Shown here: positions 11,877-20,122 of the stretch, piece by piece | Layout: the number at the start of each line of letters is the position of its first letter | How positions within the stretch are numbered: the stretch's first letter is position 1 | Origin: an uncultured Candidatus Binatia bacterium | GTDB taxonomy: Bacteria; Desulfobacterota; Binatia; Bin18 | Length of the DNA stretch: 64,000 nt | Assembly: GCA_965242795.1 (NCBI GenBank) | Contig: OZ251505.1 | Span: 363,000 to 426,999, forward strand | Direction of reading: 5' to 3' | Notes under the pieces: generated by a model | Databases searched by the model: none | Seen by the model: only the letters and a program-made list of their open reading frames with translations | Told to the model about the DNA's origin: nothing | Program-made: the position numbers and the translations under genes

Positions 11877-12746
11877 ATGAAGAAATTTCAATCAACACTC
11901 GGTTCCGGCGCGGTGGGTTCGTTCGTCCTGCTCTTCTTTCTTCTGTATCCCCTACCCTTGCCGTCGTCCGAACCGCAGCCCGCGCCGGCCATGCTGGCGC
12001 AGGTCTGGCAGCCGGGCAGGGACGTGCAGGGATGGTGGATGAGCGAGAAGCTGGATGGCGTGCGCGGGTATTGGACGGGCGAGCGGCTCGTCTCCCGGGC
12101 GGGCAACGCCTTTGCCGCACCGGCGTGGTTCACCGAGCATTTTCCGCCCGTTCCCCTGGACGGCGAACTCTGGACCGGAAGGGGGCAGTTTTCCGAGGTC
12201 GTCGGCATCGTCCGCCGCAAGGCGCCGCACAACGGCTGGAAGTCGGTGCGGTACATGATCTTCGACGCCCCGCGGGCCGAGGGCGGGTTCGAGCAGCGTT
12301 TGGATTTCGTCCGCGCGTGGTTGCGCGACCATCCGACCCCGTACGCGGCCGTCATCAAGCACGAAGTCTGCAACGGCGAGGAGCATCTCCGCAACAGGCT
12401 CGCCGAGGTGGAAGCGCTGGGCGGCGAGGGACTGATCCTGCGTCAGCCCGCGTCGGCCTACATGGTCGGACGCTCGACCGCCATCCTGAAAGTCAAGACC
12501 TTCCAGGAAGCCGACGCCGTCGTGCTGGAACACCTGCCCGGCTCGGGACGGAACGCCGGCCGCATGGGTTCGCTGCGCGTGGAGACGTCGAACGGCGTGC
12601 GGTTCGCCATCGGCACGGGGTTTACCGACGCCGAGCGGGACGACCCGCCGCCGGTCGGCAGTACCGTCCAGTTCAAGCACCAGGGATTCACGAAGGCCGG
12701 CATCCCCCGGTTCGCCTCGTTCCTGCGCATCGTCGAACGGTTCTGA
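11877..12746 (+). CDS. ligE: LigE-type minimal ATP-dependent DNA ligase with N-terminal signal peptide (predicted periplasmic/secreted)
   Basis: MKKFQSTLGSGAVGSFVLLFFLLYPLPLPSS signal. Nucleotidyltransferase motif I KLDGVR (…MSEKLDGVRGYW…), motif IV EGLILRQ, motif V AILKVK. About 290 aa with no BRCT or zinc finger (not NAD-dependent LigA). Confidence 0.85.
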   Translation: MKKFQSTLGSGAVGSFVLLFFLLYPLPLPSSEPQPAPAMLAQVWQPGRDVQGWWMSEKLDGVRGYWTGERLVSRAGNAFAAPAWFTEHFPPVPLDGELWTGRGQFSEVVGIVRRKAPHNGWKSVRYMIFDAPRAEGGFEQRLDFVRAWLRDHPTPYAAVIKHEVCNGEEHLRNRLAEVEALGGEGLILRQPASAYMVGRSTAILKVKTFQEADAVVLEHLPGSGRNAGRMGSLRVETSNGVRFAIGTGFTDAERDDPPPVGSTVQFKHQGFTKAGIPRFASFLRIVERF

Positions 12747-12872
12747 GCCCGCGGAACGCCCGTCGAGCTCGGGCAGACGTAAGAACCGGCGGCGATGGAC
12801 CGATCGAAGGTTGAACGGGCGGCCGGCGTTGGATAGATTTTTCCCTCATCGACGTGACGAAGGATTTCCAGC

Positions 12873-13109
12873 ATGGAACGGAGAACGGCGGCGCGGGCGG
12901 ATCTAAATGGGCTGATCGATGAAACGGCTGCTTCTCACGAGCCGATTCTGATCACGAGCGGACGACAGAATGCCGTGCTCGTTTCCGAAGAGGATTGGGA
13001 GGCCATCCAAGAGACGCTGTATCTTCTCTCGGTTCCGGGTATGCGCGAGTCCCTTCGTGAAGGAAGGCAAACCCCGGTCGAAGAATGTCGACAGGAATTG
13101 GACTGGTGA
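12873..13109 (+). CDS. yefM: type II antitoxin, Phd/YefM family
   Basis: 78 aa; ...ILITSGRQNAVLVSEEDWEAIQETLYLLSVPGMRESLREG... is the classic YefM pattern. Overlaps the downstream toxin gene. Confidence 0.8.
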   Translation: MERRTAARADLNGLIDETAASHEPILITSGRQNAVLVSEEDWEAIQETLYLLSVPGMRESLREGRQTPVEECRQELDW

Positions 13110-13369
13110 GGTGGAAAGTCGTTTACACCAAACACGCCCGGAAAGATGCAAGGAAGATCGCGCATGGCGGACTGAAAGCCCAGACCGAAGAAATCCTCGC
13201 CCTCCTGGAAGAAGACCCTTTCAGGACTCCTCCCCCATTCGAAAAACTCGTCGGCGACCTCGCCGGGCTCTATTCGAGACGGATCAACGTGCAACATCGT
13301 ATCGTCTATCAGATTCACCGAGCGGAACGCGTCGTGAAAATTCTTCGGATGTGGACGCATTACGAATAG
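13085..13369 (+). CDS. yoeB: type II toxin, YoeB/Txe (RelE superfamily)
   Basis: ...WKVVYTKHARKDARKIAHGGLKAQTEEILALLEEDPF...GDLAGLYSRRINVQHRIVYQIHRAERVVKILRMWTHYE. The real start may be the GTG at about 13106 overlapping the yefM stop (GTGA). Confidence 0.8.
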   Translation: MSTGIGLVRWKVVYTKHARKDARKIAHGGLKAQTEEILALLEEDPFRTPPPFEKLVGDLAGLYSRRINVQHRIVYQIHRAERVVKILRMWTHYE

Positions 13370-13385
13370 CCGCTTCGTCATGGCG

Positions 13386-14234
13386 TTACGCGACGTGCTT
13401 CCAGGCGTGGTAGGAACTGCGCACGAGCGGGCCGGATTCGACGTGGCGGAATCCGAGCCGCACCGCCTCGTCACGCAGCGCCGCAAATTCGTCCGGGTGG
13501 ACGTAGCGCTCCACGGGTAACTGCTCCTTGGACGGTTGGAGATATTGCCCCAAGGTCAGGACGTCGCAGCGGACCGCGCACAGGTCGCCGAATACCGTCA
13601 GCAACTCTTCGTAGGTCTCGCCCAGGCCGAGCATCAGGCCGGTCTTGGTCTTGAGCGATGGGCGGATCTGCTTAGCCCGTTCCAGGACGCGCAGCGAGCG
13701 GTCGTATTTCGCGCCGGGCCGGACGCGCTTGTAGAGTCGCGGTACGCTTTCGGTGTTGTGGTTGAAGACGTCGATGGGGGACGCGGCGACCGTTGCGACC
13801 GCGGCCTCGTTCCCCTGAAAGTCCGGGGTGAGCACCTCGACCGTGCAGCCGGGATTCAGTCGTTTGAGCGCGCGGACCGTCTCGGCGAAATGGCCGGCGC
13901 CGCCGTCGGCCAAGTCGTCCCGATTGACCGAGGTGACGACCACGTGGGTGAGGTCCATCTTGCGCGCCGCCTCGGCCACGCGCAGCGGCTCGCCGGCGTC
14001 GAGTGGCGCCGTCCGTCCGTGGCTGACCGCGCAGAACCGGCAGTTGCGCGTACACGTGTCGCCCAGCAGCATGAAGGTCGCGGTGCCGTGCCCCCAGCAC
14101 TCGCCGATGTTGGGGCACTGCGCCTCCTGACAGACCGTGTTGAGCTTGAACGTCGAGACGATCGCCCTGGTCCGGGCGTAGCCCCGCCCGCCCGGCATGC
14201 GGACCTTGATCCAGTCCGGGTGCCGGCGTTTCAC
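13386..14234 (-). CDS. lipA: lipoyl synthase
   Basis: Radical-SAM CxxxCxxC (CTRNCRFCAV) plus the N-terminal auxiliary Cys cluster (CQEAQCPNIGECW). The C-terminus matches LipA. Probable GTG start overlapping the lipB stop by 4 bp; an alternative ATG lies at about 14312. Confidence 0.9.
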   Translation of the reverse strand: MKRRHPDWIKVRMPGGRGYARTRAIVSTFKLNTVCQEAQCPNIGECWGHGTATFMLLGDTCTRNCRFCAVSHGRTAPLDAGEPLRVAEAARKMDLTHVVVTSVNRDDLADGGAGHFAETVRALKRLNPGCTVEVLTPDFQGNEAAVATVAASPIDVFNHNTESVPRLYKRVRPGAKYDRSLRVLERAKQIRPSLKTKTGLMLGLGETYEELLTVFGDLCAVRCDVLTLGQYLQPSKEQLPVERYVHPDEFAALRDEAVRLGFRHVESGPLVRSSYHAWKHVA

Positions 14235-14935
14235 ACGCCGGCCGCGGGAGCCGATTCGATCGCCGACACCGGCGCGGTTTTGCTGGCCGGCGTCGGCAGG
14301 TGCGTACTCCATACCATCTCCCGATATCCGAACGTGTCCACGAAACCACGGGCGACCGACGCGGCCACGGCGTCGAGACCGACCGCGCGTCCGAGCAAGC
14401 GTTGCATGGACGTCATGCGCACGCCGGCCAAGCCGCACGGCACGATCGCGGAAAAATACTCCAGGTCGGTCGCCACGTTCAGGGCGAATCCGTGAGACGT
14501 CACCCAGCGGCGCACGCCGACGCCGATGGACGCGATCTTCGCTTCCCCGACCCAAACGCCGGTCGACCCGTCGCGGCGCGTGGCCTCGATCTCCCAGTCG
14601 GCCAGCGCGGCGATGACGACCCGTTCCAGTTTGCGTAAATAGACGTGGACGTCCTTCCCGTGCCGCCGCAGGTCGATGATCGGATAGCCGACGAGCTGGC
14701 CGGGCCCGTGAAACGTCACTTCGCCGCCGCGGGCGACGCGGTGGACCGGCACGTCGCCCGGGTTCAGCAGAAACGTTTCGTCCGCGCCGCGGCCCAACGT
14801 GAAGACGGGCGGGTGTTCAAGCAGGAGCAGGCTGTCCGCCACGTCGCCCGACAGCCGCCGGTCCATCAGCATCCGCTGCCACGCCAGCGCGGTCTCGTAG
14901 TCGGTCGAGCCGAGGGTGCGGCACGCAAGCTGCAT
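14231..14935 (-). CDS. lipB: octanoyltransferase (lipoyl(octanoyl) transferase)
   Basis: MQLACRTLGSTDYETALAWQRMLMDRR...HPPVFTLGRG...RGGEVTFHGPGQLVGYPIIDL... is the LipB signature. Confidence 0.9.
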   Translation of the reverse strand: MQLACRTLGSTDYETALAWQRMLMDRRLSGDVADSLLLLEHPPVFTLGRGADETFLLNPGDVPVHRVARGGEVTFHGPGQLVGYPIIDLRRHGKDVHVYLRKLERVVIAALADWEIEATRRDGSTGVWVGEAKIASIGVGVRRWVTSHGFALNVATDLEYFSAIVPCGLAGVRMTSMQRLLGRAVGLDAVAASVARGFVDTFGYREMVWSTHLPTPASKTAPVSAIESAPAAGV

Positions 14936-14966
14936 GAGAGTTCCAGCGGTCCCGGGTCCCGCTCGC

Positions 14967-16358
14967 CTAGAAATTGATGCCGCGGCCTTCCGCGGCCAGC
15001 GCGGCTTCCAGAATGGCCTCCGACAGCGTCGGATGGGCGTGCACGGTTTCGGTCAGTTCGGCGGTCGTCGCTTCCAGCGTCCGCGCCAAGCCGATCTCCG
15101 CGATCAGGTCGGTCGCCCCGCGGCCCACGATGTGGCAGCCCAGAATTTCGCCGTACTCCTTCTCGACGACCAGCTTGACGAGCCCCTCGTCGTGGCCGGA
15201 CGCCAGCGCCTTGCCCAACGCGCGGAACGGGAATTTCCCGACCTTGACTTCGTGGCCCCGGTCGCGCGCCTGTTCTTCGCTCAACCCGAACACCGCGACC
15301 TGCGGCTGGCAGTAGATGCAGGCCGGAATGCGCGTCGGATCGACGGCCTTCTCTCGCTGGCCGGCCATGAATTCGACCGCGGCGATCCCTTCCTCCGACG
15401 CGGCGTGCGCCAGCAGCGGCGGCCCGTTGACGTCCCCGATCGCCGATACCGCGGGGTTGGCCGTCCGCAGCCGCTCATCGACCTGGATGAATCCGCGTTC
15501 GACGCCCACGCCGGCGTCTTCCAGACCCAACCCGTCCGAGAGCGGCGCGCGGCCGACCGCGACGAGCACCTTGTTGGCCGTGCGTTCCTTCGGCCCGTCG
15601 CCGCCGTTCAGCAGCACCTCGACCCGGCCCGGATACTTCTCCAGACGGTCGTACGTCGTGCCGGTCAGCACTTCGATGCCCTTCTTCTCGAACGCACGTT
15701 CCAGTTCGCGGGCGACGTCCGCGTCCACCCCGGGCAGCAGTTGCGGCTCCATCTCGACCACGGTCACCCGGCTGCCGAAGGTGCGATAGACGTACGCGAA
15801 CTCGACGCCGATCGCGCCGCCACCGATGATGACGATGGATTCGGGAATCTCCCGGGCGGTCAGCGCCTCGAAGCTGGTGATGACCTGCGTACCGTCCACC
15901 TCCAACCCGGGCAGCGTGCGTTCGCGCGACCCCGTGGCGAGTAGGATGCGGTCGGTGTCGAGCCGCTGCGGGTCCTGCCCGTCGGCTTCTACGACCACAC
16001 GGTTCCCGCCCTCAATCCGCCCGGCGCCGCGCACGAGCGGGATTTTGTTCTTCTTGAGCAGATATTCGACGCCTTTGGCGAGCCGGCCGGCGACCTCGCG
16101 CGAGCGCCGAATGACCTGCGCATAGTCGAACGACAAACCGCTGACCTTGATGCCGTACGGCTCGCTGTGCTTCAGGTCTTCGTACAGTTCGGCCGAGGTC
16201 AGGATCGCCTTGGACGGGATGCAGCCCCAGTTGAGACACACCCCGCCGGGCCGGTCTTTCTCGACCACCGCGGTCCGCAGGCCGAGTTGCGCGGCGCGAA
16301 TGGCGGCCACGTATCCGCCCGGCCCGGCCCCGATGACGACGAGATCGTAGCGCTCCAT
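14967..16358 (-). CDS. lpdA: dihydrolipoyl dehydrogenase (E3)
   Basis: MERYDLVVIGAGPGGYVAAIRAAQLG...GGVCLNWGCIPSKAIL redox-active disulfide. C-terminal dimerisation domain. Confidence 0.95.
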   Translation of the reverse strand: MERYDLVVIGAGPGGYVAAIRAAQLGLRTAVVEKDRPGGVCLNWGCIPSKAILTSAELYEDLKHSEPYGIKVSGLSFDYAQVIRRSREVAGRLAKGVEYLLKKNKIPLVRGAGRIEGGNRVVVEADGQDPQRLDTDRILLATGSRERTLPGLEVDGTQVITSFEALTAREIPESIVIIGGGAIGVEFAYVYRTFGSRVTVVEMEPQLLPGVDADVARELERAFEKKGIEVLTGTTYDRLEKYPGRVEVLLNGGDGPKERTANKVLVAVGRAPLSDGLGLEDAGVGVERGFIQVDERLRTANPAVSAIGDVNGPPLLAHAASEEGIAAVEFMAGQREKAVDPTRIPACIYCQPQVAVFGLSEEQARDRGHEVKVGKFPFRALGKALASGHDEGLVKLVVEKEYGEILGCHIVGRGATDLIAEIGLARTLEATTAELTETVHAHPTLSEAILEAALAAEGRGINF

Positions 16359-16367
16359 ACCCCTCCC

Positions 16368-17624
16368 CTACACCATCAGGCCGACCGGATTCTCCAGCAG
16401 GTTCTTGAACTCTTGCAGGAATTGCGCGGACGTGGCGCCGTCCAGCACCCGGTGGTCGCTGGACAGCGTGACGAGCATGGTGCGCGCGATGGCGATCTGT
16501 CCCTCCCGCACGACCGGCCGCTCCTTGATGGCGCTGGTCGCCAGAATCGCGGCCTGCGGCGGATTGATGACCGCGGTGAAATGTTCGACCGGATACATGC
16601 CCAGGTTGGAGATGGTGAAGCTGCCGCCGGACAGATCCTCCGGCCGCGGCTTGCCGCTGCGCGCGCGTTCCACCAACGCGCCGGCCTGTGCCGCGATCTC
16701 CAACAGCGACAGACGTTGACAGTCGTGCAGCACCGGCACGATCAACCCGTCTTCGAGCGCCACCGCAATACCGATGTTGACGTCGTCGCGGAACACGCGG
16801 CCCTCGGGGGTGAACGCCGCGTTGACGCGCGGGTGCCGCTGGAGTGCGACCGCGGCGGCCTTGACCAACAGATGGGTGTACGTCACTTCCCCGGGCACGC
16901 GGTCGCTCAGCTTGAGCGAGGTGCGCAGGCGGACGGCCTCGGACATGTCGATCTCGCTGGTGACGAAGAAATGCGGCGCCTCGCGCATACTGTCGGCCAT
17001 GCGTTTCGCAATCGCGGCCCGCATCCGCGAAAACGGCTCCACCCGTCCTTCTCCCGCCACGGCCGGCGGGGCCGCGGCGGAGACCGGCGCGCCGGTCCGG
17101 GCGGTCGGAGCACGCACGCCCTCCAAATCCTGCTTGATGATACGCCCGCCCGGGCCGCTGCCCTGCACGGCGGACAGGTCTATTCCGCGTTCCGCGGCGA
17201 TCTTCTTGACGATGGGCGAGGCCAGCACCCGGCCCCCCTTCTTGCGGACGGACGGGGCGATTGTGGGCGCGGCGTCGCGGATTTTGCGGACCTTCTTGTT
17301 CGCGGTCTTGGCCGCGGGTTTTTTCGCCGCGGCGCGGGGGCGTTTTCCGTTCGCGGGCGGCGGGGCGCCGTCCACCGCTTCGCCTTGCTCTTCGGTCAAG
17401 AGGGCGATCACGCTGCCGACCGGGACGGATTCGCCTTCCGGCACGCGAATCGCGGCCAGAAACCCCTCGTCCAGGGCTTCCATCTCCATGTCCGCCTTGT
17501 CAGTCTCCACCTCGGCAATGACGTCGCCGACCTCGACCCGGTCGCCGACCTTCTTCAGCCACGCGAGAATCTTCCCCTCCTCCATGGTGTCACTCATGCG
17601 GGGCATGATGACTTCAATCGGCAT
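16368..17624 (-). CDS. 2-oxo acid dehydrogenase E2 component (dihydrolipoamide acyltransferase), single lipoyl domain
   Basis: MPIEVIMPRMSDTMEEGKILAWLKKVGDRVEVGDVIAEVETDKADMEME lipoyl domain, then an Ala/Pro-rich linker, an E3-binding domain and the 2-oxoacid_dh catalytic domain. Start is an internal ATG in ORF 16368..17696. Confidence 0.9.
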   Translation of the reverse strand: MPIEVIMPRMSDTMEEGKILAWLKKVGDRVEVGDVIAEVETDKADMEMEALDEGFLAAIRVPEGESVPVGSVIALLTEEQGEAVDGAPPPANGKRPRAAAKKPAAKTANKKVRKIRDAAPTIAPSVRKKGGRVLASPIVKKIAAERGIDLSAVQGSGPGGRIIKQDLEGVRAPTARTGAPVSAAAPPAVAGEGRVEPFSRMRAAIAKRMADSMREAPHFFVTSEIDMSEAVRLRTSLKLSDRVPGEVTYTHLLVKAAAVALQRHPRVNAAFTPEGRVFRDDVNIGIAVALEDGLIVPVLHDCQRLSLLEIAAQAGALVERARSGKPRPEDLSGGSFTISNLGMYPVEHFTAVINPPQAAILATSAIKERPVVREGQIAIARTMLVTLSSDHRVLDGATSAQFLQEFKNLLENPVGLMV

Positions 17625-17714
17625 ACCGTCCTCCTCGTCCTGCGCAGAGTATAGCCGCTCGCCGGGGAAACGTGAAAGGAGGCGCCGGGCCGTCAAGCGG
17701 CGCGACGAGGCGCT

Positions 17715-18359
17715 TCACAGCAGACGAAACGACCGCCGATGCGCCGGACAGGGGCCGCAACGGCGCAGCGCCTCGCGGTGGGCGACCGTGGCGTACCCCT
17801 TGTGGCGCACGAATCCGTATTCTGGATAACGGCGGTCCAGCTCGATCATCAGCCGGTCGCGGTAGGTCTTGGCGACGATCGACGCCGCGGCGATGGAATA
17901 TACGTCGCGGTCGCCCTTGGGAAACGCCGTTTGCGAAGACGGACAGTCCGGCAGGCGGCGGCCGTCGAGCAGGACGTGATCGGGCGGCGTCGGCAGTCGG
18001 GCGACCGCCAAGCGCATGGCTTTCAGGCCGGCCTGATAGATGTTGATCCGGTCGATTTCGCCGACCTCGACCACGCCGATGCCGATGCCCGCGGCGGCCG
18101 CGCGGATTGCCGGCTCCAGGCGTTCGCGCGCTTTTGGGGTCAGGGTCTTGGAGTCGCGCACCCCGGCCGGAAACGTCGCGGGGAGGCCGCCCTCCGCTGC
18201 GCGGTCCCGCGTCGGACGGGGGAACACCGCCGCAGCGGCGACGACCGGTCCGGCCAGCGGCCCCATCCCCACTTCATCCACGCCGGCCACGAGGCTCAGA
18301 CCAGCGCCCCAGAGCCGCCGCTCGACTTCCAGGGTCGGATACACTACGCGGGAGGCCAC
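17715..18359 (-). CDS. rnhB: ribonuclease HII
   Basis: ...LVAGVDEVGMGPLAGPVVAAAAVF...VRDSKTLTPKARE... RNase HII catalytic motifs. N-terminus trimmed to the GTG at about 18359 to avoid overlapping the upstream gene; ORF track 17715..18515. Confidence 0.85.
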   Translation of the reverse strand: MASRVVYPTLEVERRLWGAGLSLVAGVDEVGMGPLAGPVVAAAAVFPRPTRDRAAEGGLPATFPAGVRDSKTLTPKARERLEPAIRAAAAGIGIGVVEVGEIDRINIYQAGLKAMRLAVARLPTPPDHVLLDGRRLPDCPSSQTAFPKGDRDVYSIAAASIVAKTYRDRLMIELDRRYPEYGFVRHKGYATVAHREALRRCGPCPAHRRSFRLL

Positions 18360-18381
18360 GCGCCGGGCTCCCTCCGCAGGC

Positions 18382-19122
18382 TCAGGCGGTTCTTCGCGCC
18401 CGGACGGCGAACAGCGGGTCGGCGCTCGGGGAGCTTCCGAGAGGGGGTGTCGAGCCGGGAACGCCGAATCTGCGTTCTCGAACCGGGCCGCAGTCTTCGA
18501 AGACCGCGTCTTCATAGCCGCCCGCGGTGCGAAAGTAGGAGCGGACCAGCGCGGCCCGCCCGGCGTCGTCCAACGTCTGCCAGACGCGCACCGCCTTGGT
18601 GGGAAACATGCGGTTCGAGAACAGGACCAGGAACGGACACCCGGACTTCAAGACGCGCCGCACGTCACGGAACACCGCGACCGGTCGGGTCAGGTATTGA
18701 ATGGAGACGGTGACCACCACGCCGTCGAACGTTGCGTCGGCGAACGGCAGGACGGGATTCCGGTTGAGGTCGTGCACGGCCGCGGCGTCGAGGTCCGGGT
18801 TGTCCGCCATTTCATCGGCGTTCAGCCCGAGTCCGATCAGCTTGTGCCTGGGAAAGTCAGCGGGGAAGTGCGAACGCCAACTGCTCATCAGGTCGAGATA
18901 GACGCCGCCCGGGGCGAACGTCCGCGCCATGCACCGTCCGGCCGCGGCTATCGCGCCCGCGTCGATGTGGACGACCTTTCTGGGCTGGCGGTAGAACAGC
19001 GCGTCGTCCTGCTCGTCGAGGCGCCGGAACAGGTCGGCCGGCAGCAGTTCGCGCAGCACCCGTTCCAACAGGCGGTCCGCGTCCGGCGGTTCGTTGAACG
19101 TCGCGCGTCCGTGCAAGACCAC
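18382..19122 (-). CDS. class I SAM-dependent methyltransferase-like protein (degenerate motif I)
   Basis: C-terminal region FDGVVVTVSIQYLTRPVAVFRDVRRVLKSGCPFLVLFSNRMF resembles the Methyltransf_11 family. The N-terminal GxGxG is not obvious (YLDLMSSW). Confidence 0.5.
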   Translation of the reverse strand: MVLHGRATFNEPPDADRLLERVLRELLPADLFRRLDEQDDALFYRQPRKVVHIDAGAIAAAGRCMARTFAPGGVYLDLMSSWRSHFPADFPRHKLIGLGLNADEMADNPDLDAAAVHDLNRNPVLPFADATFDGVVVTVSIQYLTRPVAVFRDVRRVLKSGCPFLVLFSNRMFPTKAVRVWQTLDDAGRAALVRSYFRTAGGYEDAVFEDCGPVRERRFGVPGSTPPLGSSPSADPLFAVRARRTA

Positions 19123-19208
19123 TGTCCCATCCTTAGCGCGCTACATTCTGCGAAACGGCTCCCGGCACTCCGCCCGTCGCCCCTCTACCACACCGCCTCG
19201 CGGGCTGC

Positions 19209-20108
19209 CTAGCAACGGCCCGCGGGCAGGAGGACGGATAAGGCGCGCGGCACCGCGCGCAGGGTGACCGGCAAGCGTCCGATCCGTTCGCCGTCCGCAT
19301 ACACTTCCGCGGGGTCGTCGGAATCGACGCGCATTTCCCTGCCGCGCAGGCTCTCGACGCCGCTCGCATAGACGTGCGTGCCGCGGAAGACGCGCGGAAA
19401 GGCGCACAGCAGCAGTTCCCAGCGACCCATGCCGTGGGCGAGACACGCGTCGAGCATCCCGTCGTCCGCCCGTGCCCCGGGCACCAGCCGCATCCCGCGG
19501 GCCGCACTCCACGTATTGCCCACGGCGACGAGCCAACTGTAACTCCGCCGGGCGCGCCCATCGCACACGACCGTGAAGCGTTGCGGGGCGGACACGAACA
19601 CCGAAACGACCGTCACCAGCGAATAGACCGCGGGGAGGCGAATCCGCCGCAGCCGGTTCGCGCGCCGGTTGATCTCCGCGGTCAATCCGATCTGGGCGAC
19701 CGACAGAAAATATCGGTCGTTCGCCTGGCCGACGTCGACGCGCCGGCTTTCGCCGGATGCCACGACCCGGCACGCCTCCGACACGCCCAGCGGCAGGCCC
19801 AACCCGCGCGCGAAATCGTTGCCGCGCCCGGCCGGCACGATGCCGAGGCAGACGGGCGTGCCGACCAGACCGTTCGCCACGGCACAGACCAAGCCGTCGC
19901 CGCCCACCGCAACGACGACGGCGCAGCCGTCGGCCACGGCTTGCCGTGCCAACGCACCCGGCTCGTCCGGCGCCCGGCTGGAGCGGACGTCGTAGGCGAG
20001 CCCGAGGCGTGCGAATTCGCGGCCGGCCTGTTCGGCGCGCCGGGCGCCGGCTCCGCCGCCCGCGGTCGGGTTGACGATCAGCCGCAGGCGGGGCGTCCGT
20101 GGAGGCAT
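19209..20108 (-). CDS. DAGK_cat-family lipid kinase (YegS/BmrU-like)
   Basis: C-terminal 299 aa of ORF 19209..21404 from MPPRTPRLRLIVNPTAGGG. Catalytic GGDG motif (VVVAVGGDGLVCAVANGL). Confidence 0.8.
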   Translation of the reverse strand: MPPRTPRLRLIVNPTAGGGAGARRAEQAGREFARLGLAYDVRSSRAPDEPGALARQAVADGCAVVVAVGGDGLVCAVANGLVGTPVCLGIVPAGRGNDFARGLGLPLGVSEACRVVASGESRRVDVGQANDRYFLSVAQIGLTAEINRRANRLRRIRLPAVYSLVTVVSVFVSAPQRFTVVCDGRARRSYSWLVAVGNTWSAARGMRLVPGARADDGMLDACLAHGMGRWELLLCAFPRVFRGTHVYASGVESLRGREMRVDSDDPAEVYADGERIGRLPVTLRAVPRALSVLLPAGRC

Positions 20109-20122
20109 GCGCAGCGCGGCGT

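Noticed and set aside
14231-14234. Apparent stop codon in the lipA frame from my manual base count
   Set aside because: My hand counting of the printed sequence drifts by about 1 bp relative to the ORF track in places. Motif positions are consistent with the ORF-track coordinates, which I used.
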